A stretch of 64,000 bases of DNA from a virus. The translations under genes and the position numbers were made by a program. Within the stretch, counting starts at the first letter, position 1. Each line of letters starts with the position of its first letter. Under the pieces are notes generated by a model. It ran no database searches and was not told the DNA's origin. It saw only the letters and a list, made by a program, of their open reading frames with translations. Of this stretch, positions 44,074 through 56,000 are shown in pieces. Where the stretch lies: positions 1-64,000 of the IMG/VR virus record IMGVR_UViG_3300017917_000616. One strand, written 5' to 3'.

Positions 44074-45039
44074 TTAACTGCCAGTTACTGACCCAGTTAT
44101 TGTAACAGTACCCCAAGAATTCTGTAAGAAACCTGTACTAGGGTAAACGGCTGAGCATGTGGTTTTTGTTCCGACAGACGCACGTAATGTAGTTCCACCA
44201 TCAGGTACTTCGTCCCATAATGTAGTGATAGTTATAGTAGAACCTGCATCTCCGTTAACACCTTGTGTTCCATTACTTCTGACATTTACGGAAATAAACG
44301 AACCAGTATAGCCAGCTGGTGATCCTGAAGCTAATTGCTTAAATACCTCTTGATTTGTCGTAGTCAATCCATAATAACCTACGTTGGGTGAAGTTGTAGC
44401 AGATCCAGAGCCACCGATTTTAGTGACACCATTGAAACTTATACCAGCAATAGTTACTGTGCCCGATGTAGGAGCACTTAACACTACAGTTCCGCATGCG
44501 GTTGCTAGTGAACTAAACAGAGCGTTCACACCTGTGCCTGTAGGATGTTCAAATTGTAATCTTATTTGACCTCCGGCGTTAAAGAAGTATCTTGCTTGAT
44601 CGGCAGATTGGAAGGTAATGATATGGGTAAAAGTTAAAGCACTGCTCCATATTGTATTATTTGTTATTGCTGATACAACTGGTGTAGCGCCTTGAGCCGC
44701 AGCATTATTTCTGCTTGTGAAAATAGAAGTTAAGTTAGTTGATAAAGCACTTAGATAATCAATTCTAGTACCAGACACGGGCGCAGTTAACGCCGTAATT
44801 GCTGTACCTTGATGACTTGCGGCTGATGACGTTCTATTAATTAAGTTAGCCCAATCAGTTGCTTGTACAGTAGCGAATTGAGCTACTTGCGGTACGGCAG
44901 CTTGACCGTAACCAGACCGTCCACTACCAATACCCCAAACTGTGTTTAATGTGTTGGCAGTAGAAATACCCACAACCGCATTACCTACAAACGTATTGTA
45001 GTCGCTGGCGTCAATTCTGTCATACTGTTGATAGGTCAT
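44074..45039 (-). CDS. Virion structural protein (tail/baseplate-associated)
   Basis: MTY....I.A.DYN, SGYGQ, F.S..QARYFFNAGG motifs; Thr/Gly-rich. Confidence 0.65.
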   Translation of the reverse strand: MTYQQYDRIDASDYNTFVGNAVVGISTANTLNTVWGIGSGRSGYGQAAVPQVAQFATVQATDWANLINRTSSAASHQGTAITALTAPVSGTRIDYLSALSTNLTSIFTSRNNAAAQGATPVVSAITNNTIWSSALTFTHIITFQSADQARYFFNAGGQIRLQFEHPTGTGVNALFSSLATACGTVVLSAPTSGTVTIAGISFNGVTKIGGSGSATTSPNVGYYGLTTTNQEVFKQLASGSPAGYTGSFISVNVRSNGTQGVNGDAGSTITITTLWDEVPDGGTTLRASVGTKTTCSAVYPSTGFLQNSWGTVTITGSVTGS

Positions 45040-45049
45040 AATAGTATCC

Positions 45050-46255
45050 TTACTTAGCGATTACAACTGCTTCTATAATGCCTTCGCCATCAGAATCTTT
45101 ATGTTCTAGCGCACGACCAATTACATTGAATGGGGTCAATTCTTCTTTTAATCCAGCACGTGCTTTGCCGCCGCCGGCGCTTACTAGTCTTTGACCTTTC
45201 TTTACTTGTCCAACTACTAAAACTTTTACACGACCTGCTAAAGCAACTGGTGGGTGAGTTACGTCATCGCCTGCGCCGCTGTTCATTAGATAAGCAGCAG
45301 TTTTGCTAATTACTCCAAATACTTCATCACTTAATTCTTCTTTAACCGCAGTGATTTCTTTTTCTCCGCCAATCTCTACTACTGTACCAACAGGATACTC
45401 AGCATCAGCTTCGTAACGTTCTGCCAAGTCAGCGTATGTAGCTTGAATTCTTGCTCCGCTAGCCAATGTCCAAACGTTAGCAATAGTTCCGCCGCCACCA
45501 ATATAGTTTGTGATTAGATTGCCTGGATACAAGTTGCCACTAAAACCACCATTGCCAGCAGTAGTGCTCATAAATGACTGTACATTAGCGTTAGAATAAG
45601 CACCTACGATAGAGTTAGCTAAACTGTTACCGTTAGCCCAGTAATAATTATTAGACTTGAAACCAACGTTAGCATAGATATTTCCACCTGTAACGATTAG
45701 GGCATTTCCTGAAACGGCACCGTTCACGGTCCAAGCACCAGTCATTGTACCAGCATTACCTACTGCTCCTGTAGTAATAAGGGTTGTACGGGTAGTTGTT
45801 AAATTAGCAGAAGCGATACTAGCATTTCCAGCTGTCACAGTATTGGCTGCTGTCAATGTCTGACATGTAATATCCATAAAGTCGCCAGCGTTTGTGACGC
45901 TAATATTATTACCTGTAATATTTCCAGTTACTTGTAGATTACCTAGAACAGCATTTCCTGCGCTAGTTACACTAGATAAGGTAATCCAGTTACTAGCATT
46001 AGCTTCACCGTCTGTTGGGCAAATACTCAATGTTTGAGTATTTGTATTATACCACAATTGTCCCCTGATAGGGTTAGAAGGGATGCTATCATTTGCGAAA
46101 TTCTCTAGCATTCTAACCATGTTAGTATCTAGAGTTTGTCCGTAACCTGCGTAATTTCGTCCGGGTAATCCTAGACTTGTGCTAGTTGTATTGATCGTGC
46201 CGTCTTGTATTGTTGTCAAAACATTGCCGTCACTTCTGATGATTGTATATGCCAT
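45050..46255 (-). CDS. Tail fibre-like protein with C-terminal intramolecular-chaperone (peptidase G2-like) domain
   Basis: L.G.NY.GYG....N....LENFA, GQLWY, ADLAERYEAD..Y..GTVV.IGG..EIT, VAL.GRV, IGRALE. Confidence 0.75.
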   Translation of the reverse strand: MAYTIIRSDGNVLTTIQDGTINTTSTSLGLPGRNYAGYGQTLDTNMVRMLENFANDSIPSNPIRGQLWYNTNTQTLSICPTDGEANASNWITLSSVTSAGNAVLGNLQVTGNITGNNISVTNAGDFMDITCQTLTAANTVTAGNASIASANLTTTRTTLITTGAVGNAGTMTGAWTVNGAVSGNALIVTGGNIYANVGFKSNNYYWANGNSLANSIVGAYSNANVQSFMSTTAGNGGFSGNLYPGNLITNYIGGGGTIANVWTLASGARIQATYADLAERYEADAEYPVGTVVEIGGEKEITAVKEELSDEVFGVISKTAAYLMNSGAGDDVTHPPVALAGRVKVLVVGQVKKGQRLVSAGGGKARAGLKEELTPFNVIGRALEHKDSDGEGIIEAVVIAK

Positions 46256-46283
46256 TTAGTGCTCCGCTATTCTATTATTTATC

Positions 46284-46904
46284 TTAAATTGTAACCAGAT
46301 TTGTCAAACTCTGTATTCTTACGGTATAGTCGATTTGAATTTGACGGTTTAAACTCTTTTGAACTGGGTGAAAAATTACATGCGTAATTAATTTAGTCAA
46401 TTCTTGACCGGAATTGTCAGTACCGTTGTAGGATAAAAGTCCCAACTCATCAAAAACATATGCGCTTTCAGTTTGGGTGCTGTTGTCAAATGCCGCTTGT
46501 CCGGGCGGTTCGCCATAATCTAATAGACATTGAACAATGATGTCCGTGTATACTTTTCCCGCTGTATGGGAGACAGTCATCTTATTTCTAGTAGGATTAG
46601 TGTTGATTATATTAGTGTCGTCTACAACTTTTGCGTAGGTTTCATTATATAAAGCCGCATTTTGTCCAGTTGTGTTTGGTGGAAGATAGGTAATAATACC
46701 AGTCTCATCTACACTAGAACCGCCATTTCCAAAAGCCATCTTATAGATTGTACCCAATCCTCTATTTGTCAATGTTTGGGCAATGGCGACACTTATATTT
46801 TCATAGTGAATGGCGTTCTTTTTGTCCACAAATACTTCACCATTATTGGGATCATATACTTTTAAAAATCCTTCTATTTGGACTGGAATCATTATTTGTG
46901 CCAT
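46284..46904 (-). CDS. Baseplate/tail structural protein
   Basis: KNAIHYEN.S, MAFGNGG, LDYGEP, FDELGL, THVIFHPVQKSLNR.IQIDYTVRI. Confidence 0.65.
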   Translation of the reverse strand: MAQIMIPVQIEGFLKVYDPNNGEVFVDKKNAIHYENISVAIAQTLTNRGLGTIYKMAFGNGGSSVDETGIITYLPPNTTGQNAALYNETYAKVVDDTNIINTNPTRNKMTVSHTAGKVYTDIIVQCLLDYGEPPGQAAFDNSTQTESAYVFDELGLLSYNGTDNSGQELTKLITHVIFHPVQKSLNRQIQIDYTVRIQSLTNLVTI

Positions 46905-47047
46905 TAGTTGTCGCCTCGCATTTGTACTAATATTTCTTGATTATTTGGGTCAAAAATCTTTAGAGCAGAGCTAAAATAAAACCCAGTTTGTTCATCAGGT
47001 TTAGTTTCGACTTCTTTTTCCTCTACTTTTTCCGTATTTTCGTTCAT
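46904..47047 (-). CDS. 47-aa protein resembling the N terminus of the downstream gene
   Basis: MNENTEKVEEKEVETKPDEQTGFYFSSALKIFDPNNQEILVQMRGDN; TAATG overlap; ATAAATA upstream. Confidence 0.7.
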   Translation of the reverse strand: MNENTEKVEEKEVETKPDEQTGFYFSSALKIFDPNNQEILVQMRGDN

Positions 47048-47054
47048 GATTTAT

Positions 47055-50000
47055 TTATCTTTCGTTAGTGTAGTTACTTTGTAAAAATACAGCTACGGGT
47101 GTTTGACTGATTTGTAGTGGATCACCCTTTACTGGATTATAAACATTACTGTTCCAAACGGAGTCATATTCTGCTGAAGTAAGTCTGCGTGTAGGGATTA
47201 TTCCATAACCCATTTCATTAGCGTAATGTATTTGTGCCACTCTAGTACCCTGAACTCCCCTTGTTAATCCGGAAATAGTATTATTTTGGGTATCAATATT
47301 ATCAAAACGTATACGTTCTCCTAATATCTCTACTATATTTCCAATCGTTAAAGTCACAATCAAAGTATCACCGGCTGATGCGCCGGAACTGAATATTAGA
47401 GCCGGATTACCATTTACTAACTTCAAACCAAAATAACTTTGCGGTAACTGAGTTAATGTGGTTTTGTTATATACTTGGACCTCTTTAACTTCATTAATGT
47501 CGCACTGTACGAATCCATAAATCACAGAGCTTATGTTTACTGTTGTAATTTGCTGTTCGATTGAATCTACTAAGTTAGAAACGTCTTTGAAGTACATTAC
47601 CGTATCATTGATGCCGAAGTTCTGTGTTAGCCAAGACCCATCTTCAGGATTCGTTCTGTACACAGAACCATCACTATACTTATTGACGTTCAAATTATAT
47701 GATATTGGATTCGGGCTTTCGCCGGTAACCATACTGGTAATCATAATATCATCGGTACTAGTTATTTCAGATAGTATAGACAACTTATTAGTTTGGTCAG
47801 TGTTCATTGAGGCGCTAGACACAGTTTGTCCGATATTTACTTCGTATGTTCCGATGCCACCTGTACCGGTGATATAAGAAGTTATTATAGTACCTGGTGT
47901 GATAGACCCACCAAAAATTTCTTGCCCCAAAGTTAAACTACCTTTAGATACACTAGTTACAGTTAATACACCATATGTGTCTGTAGGATAGTTGGGCGCA
48001 AAAGCGATGCTTCCGGTAAATTCGCAATCAGAATTATAAATCATTTGTTCAGGATTAATTCTGTATCCGGCGACAGTAACCCATGTTCTAGCACCATCAG
48101 TGTAGGACATTATAGGAGCACCGGGAGCTACTGTTGGTAATGGTACACTGATTGTATTACTATCTAGCCACGCATATCCAGTACCGGCATAAGGACTTAC
48201 GTTTGTTCCAATCAATGGATTTGTAGTGGCTGAATCCGTATATAAATCAACATAATAATTTGGATCACCTAATATAGTTACAGGATTAACGTAGAATGTT
48301 TTATTATTCAATTCTACTGATCCTGCTATTCCGTCAATTCTTATTAAATCACCCAAAGAGAAATTAGGATCTGTTGTAAAAGTCAATCGTACTGGATTAT
48401 TAGATGTGTTTACAAATTTTATTTCAGTTACTTGTAAACCAGTCACTTCGTCAGTTACTAGATATTGTCTAGTTGTATCATTATACGTAGTGATAGACAC
48501 TATATCATCTGGTGAGACAGTTATAGATGTTAAGTCCAGAGTATCAGACATTAAATTAAACGTATATTCTCCACTTAACAATCTTATTCCATTTACTTCT
48601 ACAATAGCGTTAGTTATATTATCACCCGTTGTTGTAACAAAATTGTAATCTAACGGTATAGAAGTTTCACCTATACTTGATGGTACATATATCTGAGTTT
48701 CAGGAATGCTGTATTCATAAGGTATTAATGTGTCACGTAATATACTAAAAACAATATAATCTACATCCGTATCATACGTATTGTTAATAAACAATAAACG
48801 CAAATAGTTATCATTTGTGAAGGTAACTACATAATCAACAGTATTTGTTAATTTTATTCCGTTAACATAAACTAAAGGTTGAGCATTGTAGGGACGATAT
48901 AGCTGGTTGAATGTGAATTGTGACCATCCAGTATCTGGGTCTATCTCTATAGGAACGTACTTAGAATTCCCTCTTACTACTTCTACGCCGTTGCCTACTT
49001 CGTATAATTCTACCATTAGTACTTCATTAGCACCTAATGCTGAAGATATAGTGATAGTCTGGCCTACCCAATCTATAACATAACTTATAGGATTATTAAG
49101 AGTTGTAGTATTTTCAAAAATTCTATAAGAATAATTTGTTGTCCTATTTAAAACAAATACTGACAATCTAGCAGGATTTACTACGTAATTAGCAAAGCTG
49201 ACTGTTAAGTTAGCATCGGGTACCAATTCAAGTGCTTTCATATTGAAGCCGGTGTGCTTGTACCACACTGTTTGAGAGGAGTCTGTATCCCAGTATGCTC
49301 CAGGAGCCGTATTTACGTACATAGATAATGTATCCGTAACAACTCCTGCGACTAATTCTTCTGGTCCATAACCAAATAAGAAATCATTACCCTTAACAGC
49401 ATATGTAGGTTCGTTTACATTAATGTTTGCTAAGTCAGTCCAGTTAACACCATTAGTGCTACGTAATATGGTATCGTTATCTCCAGCAATATAGAAATAT
49501 GAACCATCAAAGTGTACTGTATTCAAATTATCAGTTGTCACATATTGACTAGTCTGAGGATAAGCATACCAAGTAATTCCGTCTGACGACACTAATATTA
49601 AACCGGGATCAGTTTCACCTGTGCCTATCTTATTTCCTACTGCTACAAATACAGAATTACCAAACGCTACACTATTGATATTTACGGTTGTTGATATATC
49701 AGCAAATACACCGGATAACCAGTTATTTGTATTTGTGCTATAGAATATAGTACCTGAATTTCCAACAATGACAGCACGTGTAGAACTTGAAGCAACACCA
49801 TTTAACTGATTGGTTCCTAACGGAGGTTGTAAAACCCAGTTAGTGTTACCATCAACTGATGTAACAATTTTTCCTACATTAGCAACAGTAGGTAGTGCGG
49901 TACCAGCACCAGATGTTACTACCCCGCCGCCACCTACAGCAATATATCCAACGTATCCTAAAATATTAACATAACTAATATCTTGTAAATTGTTATCTAA

Positions 50001-53000
50001 TCTAGAACCAAATGTGTACACCGGATCAAATTTAACTCCGTTCTCACTACGTAGTAATTTATCTCCCACTACATAGAACACACCATTAACTATTCTAGTA
50101 CCGTACATTGGTAAATTAGGAGCTTCGACCATAGTCGTGTCATATCCACCTTCGCCGAACTCTAGCGTATCAAACGGAGTATATGTTCCTAATGTTATCC
50201 ATCGTATTCCATCGTAACTTACTAATACTGGGTTTTTAATATTTGTAGTAGACATTACGTATCTGTCATTTTCATATGACATATCGGTAATTCCTAATGG
50301 ATACTCACTAATTTTATAGTTGTCCCATGTACCGCTTTGATTTCTAACTAAGACCAATGAGCTAGTAGGAGAATCACACGCGGCTATTAAAGTACTACCA
50401 TTATTAATTACAGCCTTTACATTTACATCAATTGGATAGAATGGTTCGTCACGTAATACAAAGTCTAACGGAATTTCTTCATCTGGAGCAAAAGCATTAC
50501 CGTAGTAAACATTATTAGGATACGTGATTCCTTGTACCAACTGTTGCGGGTCTTTACCTGGCATAGTGATTGCCGGGGTATAGTAACCTTCAATTCTGTC
50601 TAATGCGTTGAGGGCATTATCTGAACTTTGTAATGGATACCATTTTGTAGGATCAAATTCACTATCATTGTTGGCTTGTATACATTGCCACACAATACCA
50701 GCATATGTTACAATCGAACTTAAATTATATCCATAACTGTAATTATTGATTATAGGTTCGGGTAGATAGCAATAATCGGAAATTGAATTACCGTATGGAG
50801 GGAATGGACTAGTTCCACCGTCCCATAAGAATCCGGCGGCACTTACTGGAACCTGTAATTTTGAATCTTGGTACACTGCTAATTCAGTATCGCTTATTGC
50901 CTTAACATAGTATTGTGCTTGTTGGGCAGATGCTACACCATTTACAAATGCGCTATATATTGCTCCCAAGTTTGAAAACTGTACAGTAATTATACAATCA
51001 TTCACAATATCCTGACTTCCTGGACCAAAATTAGATCCAGGTATGACAATCTTATCCCCATCAGAATATATAGAACCTGGATCTAAAATTTGTATATAAT
51101 ACTGGTTAGTCACATTTGCTGGATTAAATTTAGGGGTAGAAATCCAAATCTTTGCGCCACCCGCTAATGTATCATCATATTCATATGTATTAGCTGGTAC
51201 ACCAGGAGTGCCGTCATATGTTTGTACTCTAAAGAAGTACATATAACTGCCACTTACTTGGCCTGGTAAAATTCCACTATAATTATAGTTTACAGTTACG
51301 ACTGCTTGACCGTCTACACTAGCGAAACCTGTAATTGGCATCACAGCACCCTGTAGACTAGCTAAACTAGGATCAACTGGTAAACCAGCGAATGTTATTG
51401 TTTGTATGGTTCCGGCAAAGTTTACAGTACCCACTGTTATGACACAGTTATTTGTAGGTGCTGTACCGTTTAGTTGAGTTCCTAATATAGTTATTACGTC
51501 GCCTGGACTATAACCTGTTCCGCCGTTTTCTATTTCTACATCATATTCATTCGCTAACGATAAGTTATATACGGTGAATGACGCACTAACTCCACCAGCT
51601 GGGCTTACCGTACCTGACATTCCTGTATAAGGCAAACCATAACTTAGTTTTGTAGGATTACTTGCGTCATTTCCTATACTTATATAAGGACTTGAATAGT
51701 AAGTATTTGGTGTCCACTCAGTTACTCTACTGTTGTAGCTAGTTCTGTCAAATTTTAGAACTGGTTTTAACGTTCTAGTTTTAGTATTACCTTGAGTTAC
51801 AATCGCTCTTGGTCTAATGCTAATCTCATGAACATATCCTGAGCTAATTAAACTAGGATTTACAAAAGGAACTTTGTTATTGTTTCTAATTGCGTCATCA
51901 TAAGAAGTATGGAAGGACATGGTAACAGCATTTCCCGGTGTTGCCATAAGCATAAAGGTACTTACAACTATACCAGTAACATTTACGTAATAATAACCAT
52001 CCGGAATAATTGTAATTCCATTGGAAGTAATTCCTTCACTATAAACTATATCTCCGGTTGTATAATCTGTACTGGATAGTATAATTGTATACGTGTTGAA
52101 GTTTATTTTATCTAAAGGAGTTGATATTACGAAACTTGGTTCAAACACAATTTCAGGTGCGACTACATAACCACTTCCGGGAGTTAATACACTTACACCA
52201 ATTACTTTGTCACCGCCCATGACTGCTTGAACGACTGCTTCTTCTCTTGGTGCGGGGTATACAGATGTGTCTATTCTTACTGTTACTTCCGGTGGCTCTT
52301 GATAGCCTCTACCCTCATAAAGAACAACTACTTCAGGTAAATCAATAAAGATTGTTGTTCCAGCAAAGTGACCCGCTGGTGTAGTATTATTAACACCTCT
52401 GGATACACCTACTAGTTTGTTGTTGACTCTATCTACGCCGGTGTAACCAATAAGCTCACTATCTATTTTTATAATACCGTTAAACGGCATTCCATACACG
52501 CTTTCGACATAAATTTCATTATCCAACGTTCCGATATATCTCATTAAAGTCGAAATGTCAGTATTAGGTTGGCTGGTTAAAGTTATGCCGTAATTATTAA
52601 ACCAAGATGTATACTCTTGTGTTTGCCATATTTCATCTGTACTTGTATACTGATATGGAGAACTTGTTACATCTCCGTATGTCAATTCAGGTGAAACAAA
52701 TTTACCCAATGTATCATTGTATTGCGCTGGTAAATCAAAGTCTGTTAAATCACCATCAAATACATCAGTTCTAGAATACTGTAGATAGAAATCTTTTAAT
52801 ACCACATGATATGGTTTTACTTCATTGATATAACCTTCTAATAGACTTTGATTGTCACGCTGGAATTTTTCGTTAGCGGTTAATTCACGAACTGTATAGT
52901 TTACATCTACAAAGCTAGTTTTTGTTAGCCATGGCATGTAGTCTTGGCTTTCGATATTTTCACTTTGAATATATTCAAATAGTAAAATTAAACTCTTATT

Positions 53001-56000
53001 CCTATACTGGAACAAATCATTGATGTAGATTTGTTCATTAAGAGCACGTACAATATATCTTGTTTCTATACTAGGATAAAAATCAAAATCTTCACTGTCA
53101 AAGAAATTATCTCCCCAACCAATCTTATTGCTTTGGTAATCCCAGAGTGTATCTAATAGTTGTATAGTACCATTTTGAACACCGATTCTTTCCCATGTTC
53201 CGGCTTTATATACATAAACTTCCCTGTTTCCTTGACTGTTGCTGACAACACCTACGATTTGTCCTTCTTTTGGTGTCAAAGTTAATAAGTCGCTATACAT
53301 AGGAACATCGAAGGCAGCTCTTGTTGCGTCACTATAACCTTCTGCCCACCAGTATACATTTTCCCAGTATTGAGTGGTATTGAAGTTTTCTCCCTGAGCA
53401 TACAAGAATGTGATATTTCCAAATTCATTTATTGGATACAATTTCAAAATTGTATTAGCATATTCAAAATAGTTTCTTAACGCTTCTAAACGATTTACAA
53501 AGAAACCTTGTCTAGGTCTAATGTTAACACCTTGTTGTAACAACTTAGGTAGATATGGATCTGGAACAATAGCACCAATCTCGTCTGTACCCGAACAACT
53601 ATCAAGAAGTCTATCGTATAACGCTACTGGTGTGTTATATCCTTTATCTCTATCTGGGAAACCAGTTAAGAAATCGTCTGGATAATCACTTCTAATCAAC
53701 TGAAATTCTACGTGACTTGCTGTTGAATCTCCATTAACACCAAAACCTAGATGAAGATTAGTAGAAACATCGTTAATGTACTCTTGGCTATTATACAGAC
53801 CATATGTGTTTGGTCTAAGTGCTGCCATAAAGCTGATACCTGAATTCTTAGGATCAGTAATATATTGAGAAATTATCGTATCACTTAATGTTTTTCCATA
53901 GTGAGAGAAAACTAAATTTGTGTTTCGTACCCAGTAATAGTATTTTGCTATTAGATTATTATTACTATCTGTAAACAGTACTGTGCTGTATTTTCCTATG
54001 TCGTATACTGTACCGGGTCCTACGTAGAACGCTGGTACTACGTCAGATTCTATCCAAGAGTATACCGATACATCGCTTCCTGGGAACACACGACCCCACC
54101 ATTTGCTATTGTATACTACATCATTTTGATGATAGTTTATAAATCGAGTAGTAGAGGTATCGAACCATAATTTACCTATATGGTCTTTAGTCCAAACTTC
54201 TTTGCCTGTATTTAAGTTAGGACCATTATATCCTGCAGGATCAGAAATGCTAATATAGTCCAAGTTTTCTTGTACTACTCCCAACAACTTTCCTTGTAAA
54301 GGATCTATATAATCTAATGAGGCTAAGTTTTGATTATTAGTATTATTATATAACTGAACTTTTCTAATCTTAGTTACGTCTGATATCGGAGCACTCTCAC
54401 GGTATACATGCCAATTATTGATGCCGGTTGTATTTTCATATATTACAACTCTGCCGCCGGCTGCGTTAATATTAAACTTAGGAACACCAATAATAACTTT
54501 ATCATTAGTGAAATCTAACGCAGCACCATACATAGGCTGAGGACCCACAAATGTTAATTTGTCATTACATGATTGTGCGTATACGTATTTTCCAATATTA
54601 TTAAAACTTTCAAGATACGAAGGTATGTAGTTGTACATGTACACACTACCTGCGTTAGATGTTTTATCTTCAAAGAATGTTAGATTGTTGTCGAACACCG
54701 TATCGTTTCTAGTATTTGTGTCAGAAATTAAATCGAATGTAGTTGCCAAATATCTAATACTAGCAGGAGCACTTACAACAAAACTATTTTCATTGTTAAA
54801 CTTCACATTATAACCAAACTGAGTTATTGTTTGTTGGTGTAAGTCATAAATTGTTTGTGACTTAACATAGTCGATGAAGCCCATCATAAACAAATAATTA
54901 CCATTGAACACACTTATATTCAACTTATTGTTTACTTGTCCTAATTCTGGGTATATTAAAAATATTTGAAGTCTGTTATCTTCAGTTGCGTATGCCCTAA
55001 TGTTATCTAAATTAGTTTGATTGATGGCGTTGGCAATGTTAGCAGCATTACCTAATGGTACTACCATTAATGTATCAGATGGAGCAAATGTATTTGCGAA
55101 TGGGAAAGGTACAGCAAATGTGATAACACCAGTCGTTGTATTTCTACTGCTATAGAAAATTGAACGTTCGGGTTGGAATGGGGATGTTGTGTCTTGGAAC
55201 GTTATAACTCCATTAGCTGGCATTTTGGCAGCATCTGATGGGTTAATTGTAACAGTAGTACTGCCGGTAGTTACTGTAGACAATATGTTTATTGTGTTGA
55301 ATAAATTGACGACAAAACCGTTTAATAGGATGTATGTTGCTTCAGTTAAGTTGCAACCAATAACACCCGTAAGTCTACCAAATCGTTTTCCTGTGTTTGT
55401 GAAACGTAATACAGAACCTTCATTGACATTGTTGTTACTTACATCAAATGGTACGCCAACTATCAGTTCACTACCATACTTGTTACAATCCAAACTGTAT
55501 CCAAAATTTTCTCCTTGTCTTAAATCAGAGATATTATCCTGACTCTTTATCATTTGCGATAATACAAAGAAGCTACTTGCTATTGTTACGATATCTCCAG
55601 CAAAAATAGGACCACTAATTTGAACTTTATTTGCTACTACTACATATCTGTCGCTAGGTAATAATTGCTGATTGATATAAACTCTTGCTTTAAATCCAGG
55701 AGAGAATGGTAAAGTCAATACCGCACTTTGATTATTCAATACGTCATATTGAATTTCTACATTTTGCGTAAGCCTATCGTAAATATAGGCTACACCAGTA
55801 TTAGTCAAGTTTACATTTTCATCATAGTATGGGGCACCAATAAACATTTTGCTACCGTCATAATTTGTAGCAATACTTGTACCGTAACCATCACCAAATA
55901 CTTTAACAGGTGGTTCGATGGTGTTAGTATATGTGAAATAGCTATTTACGGTATAAACTTTTGCTCCGGAAGGAATTGTATACTGGATATCTTCTAAACA

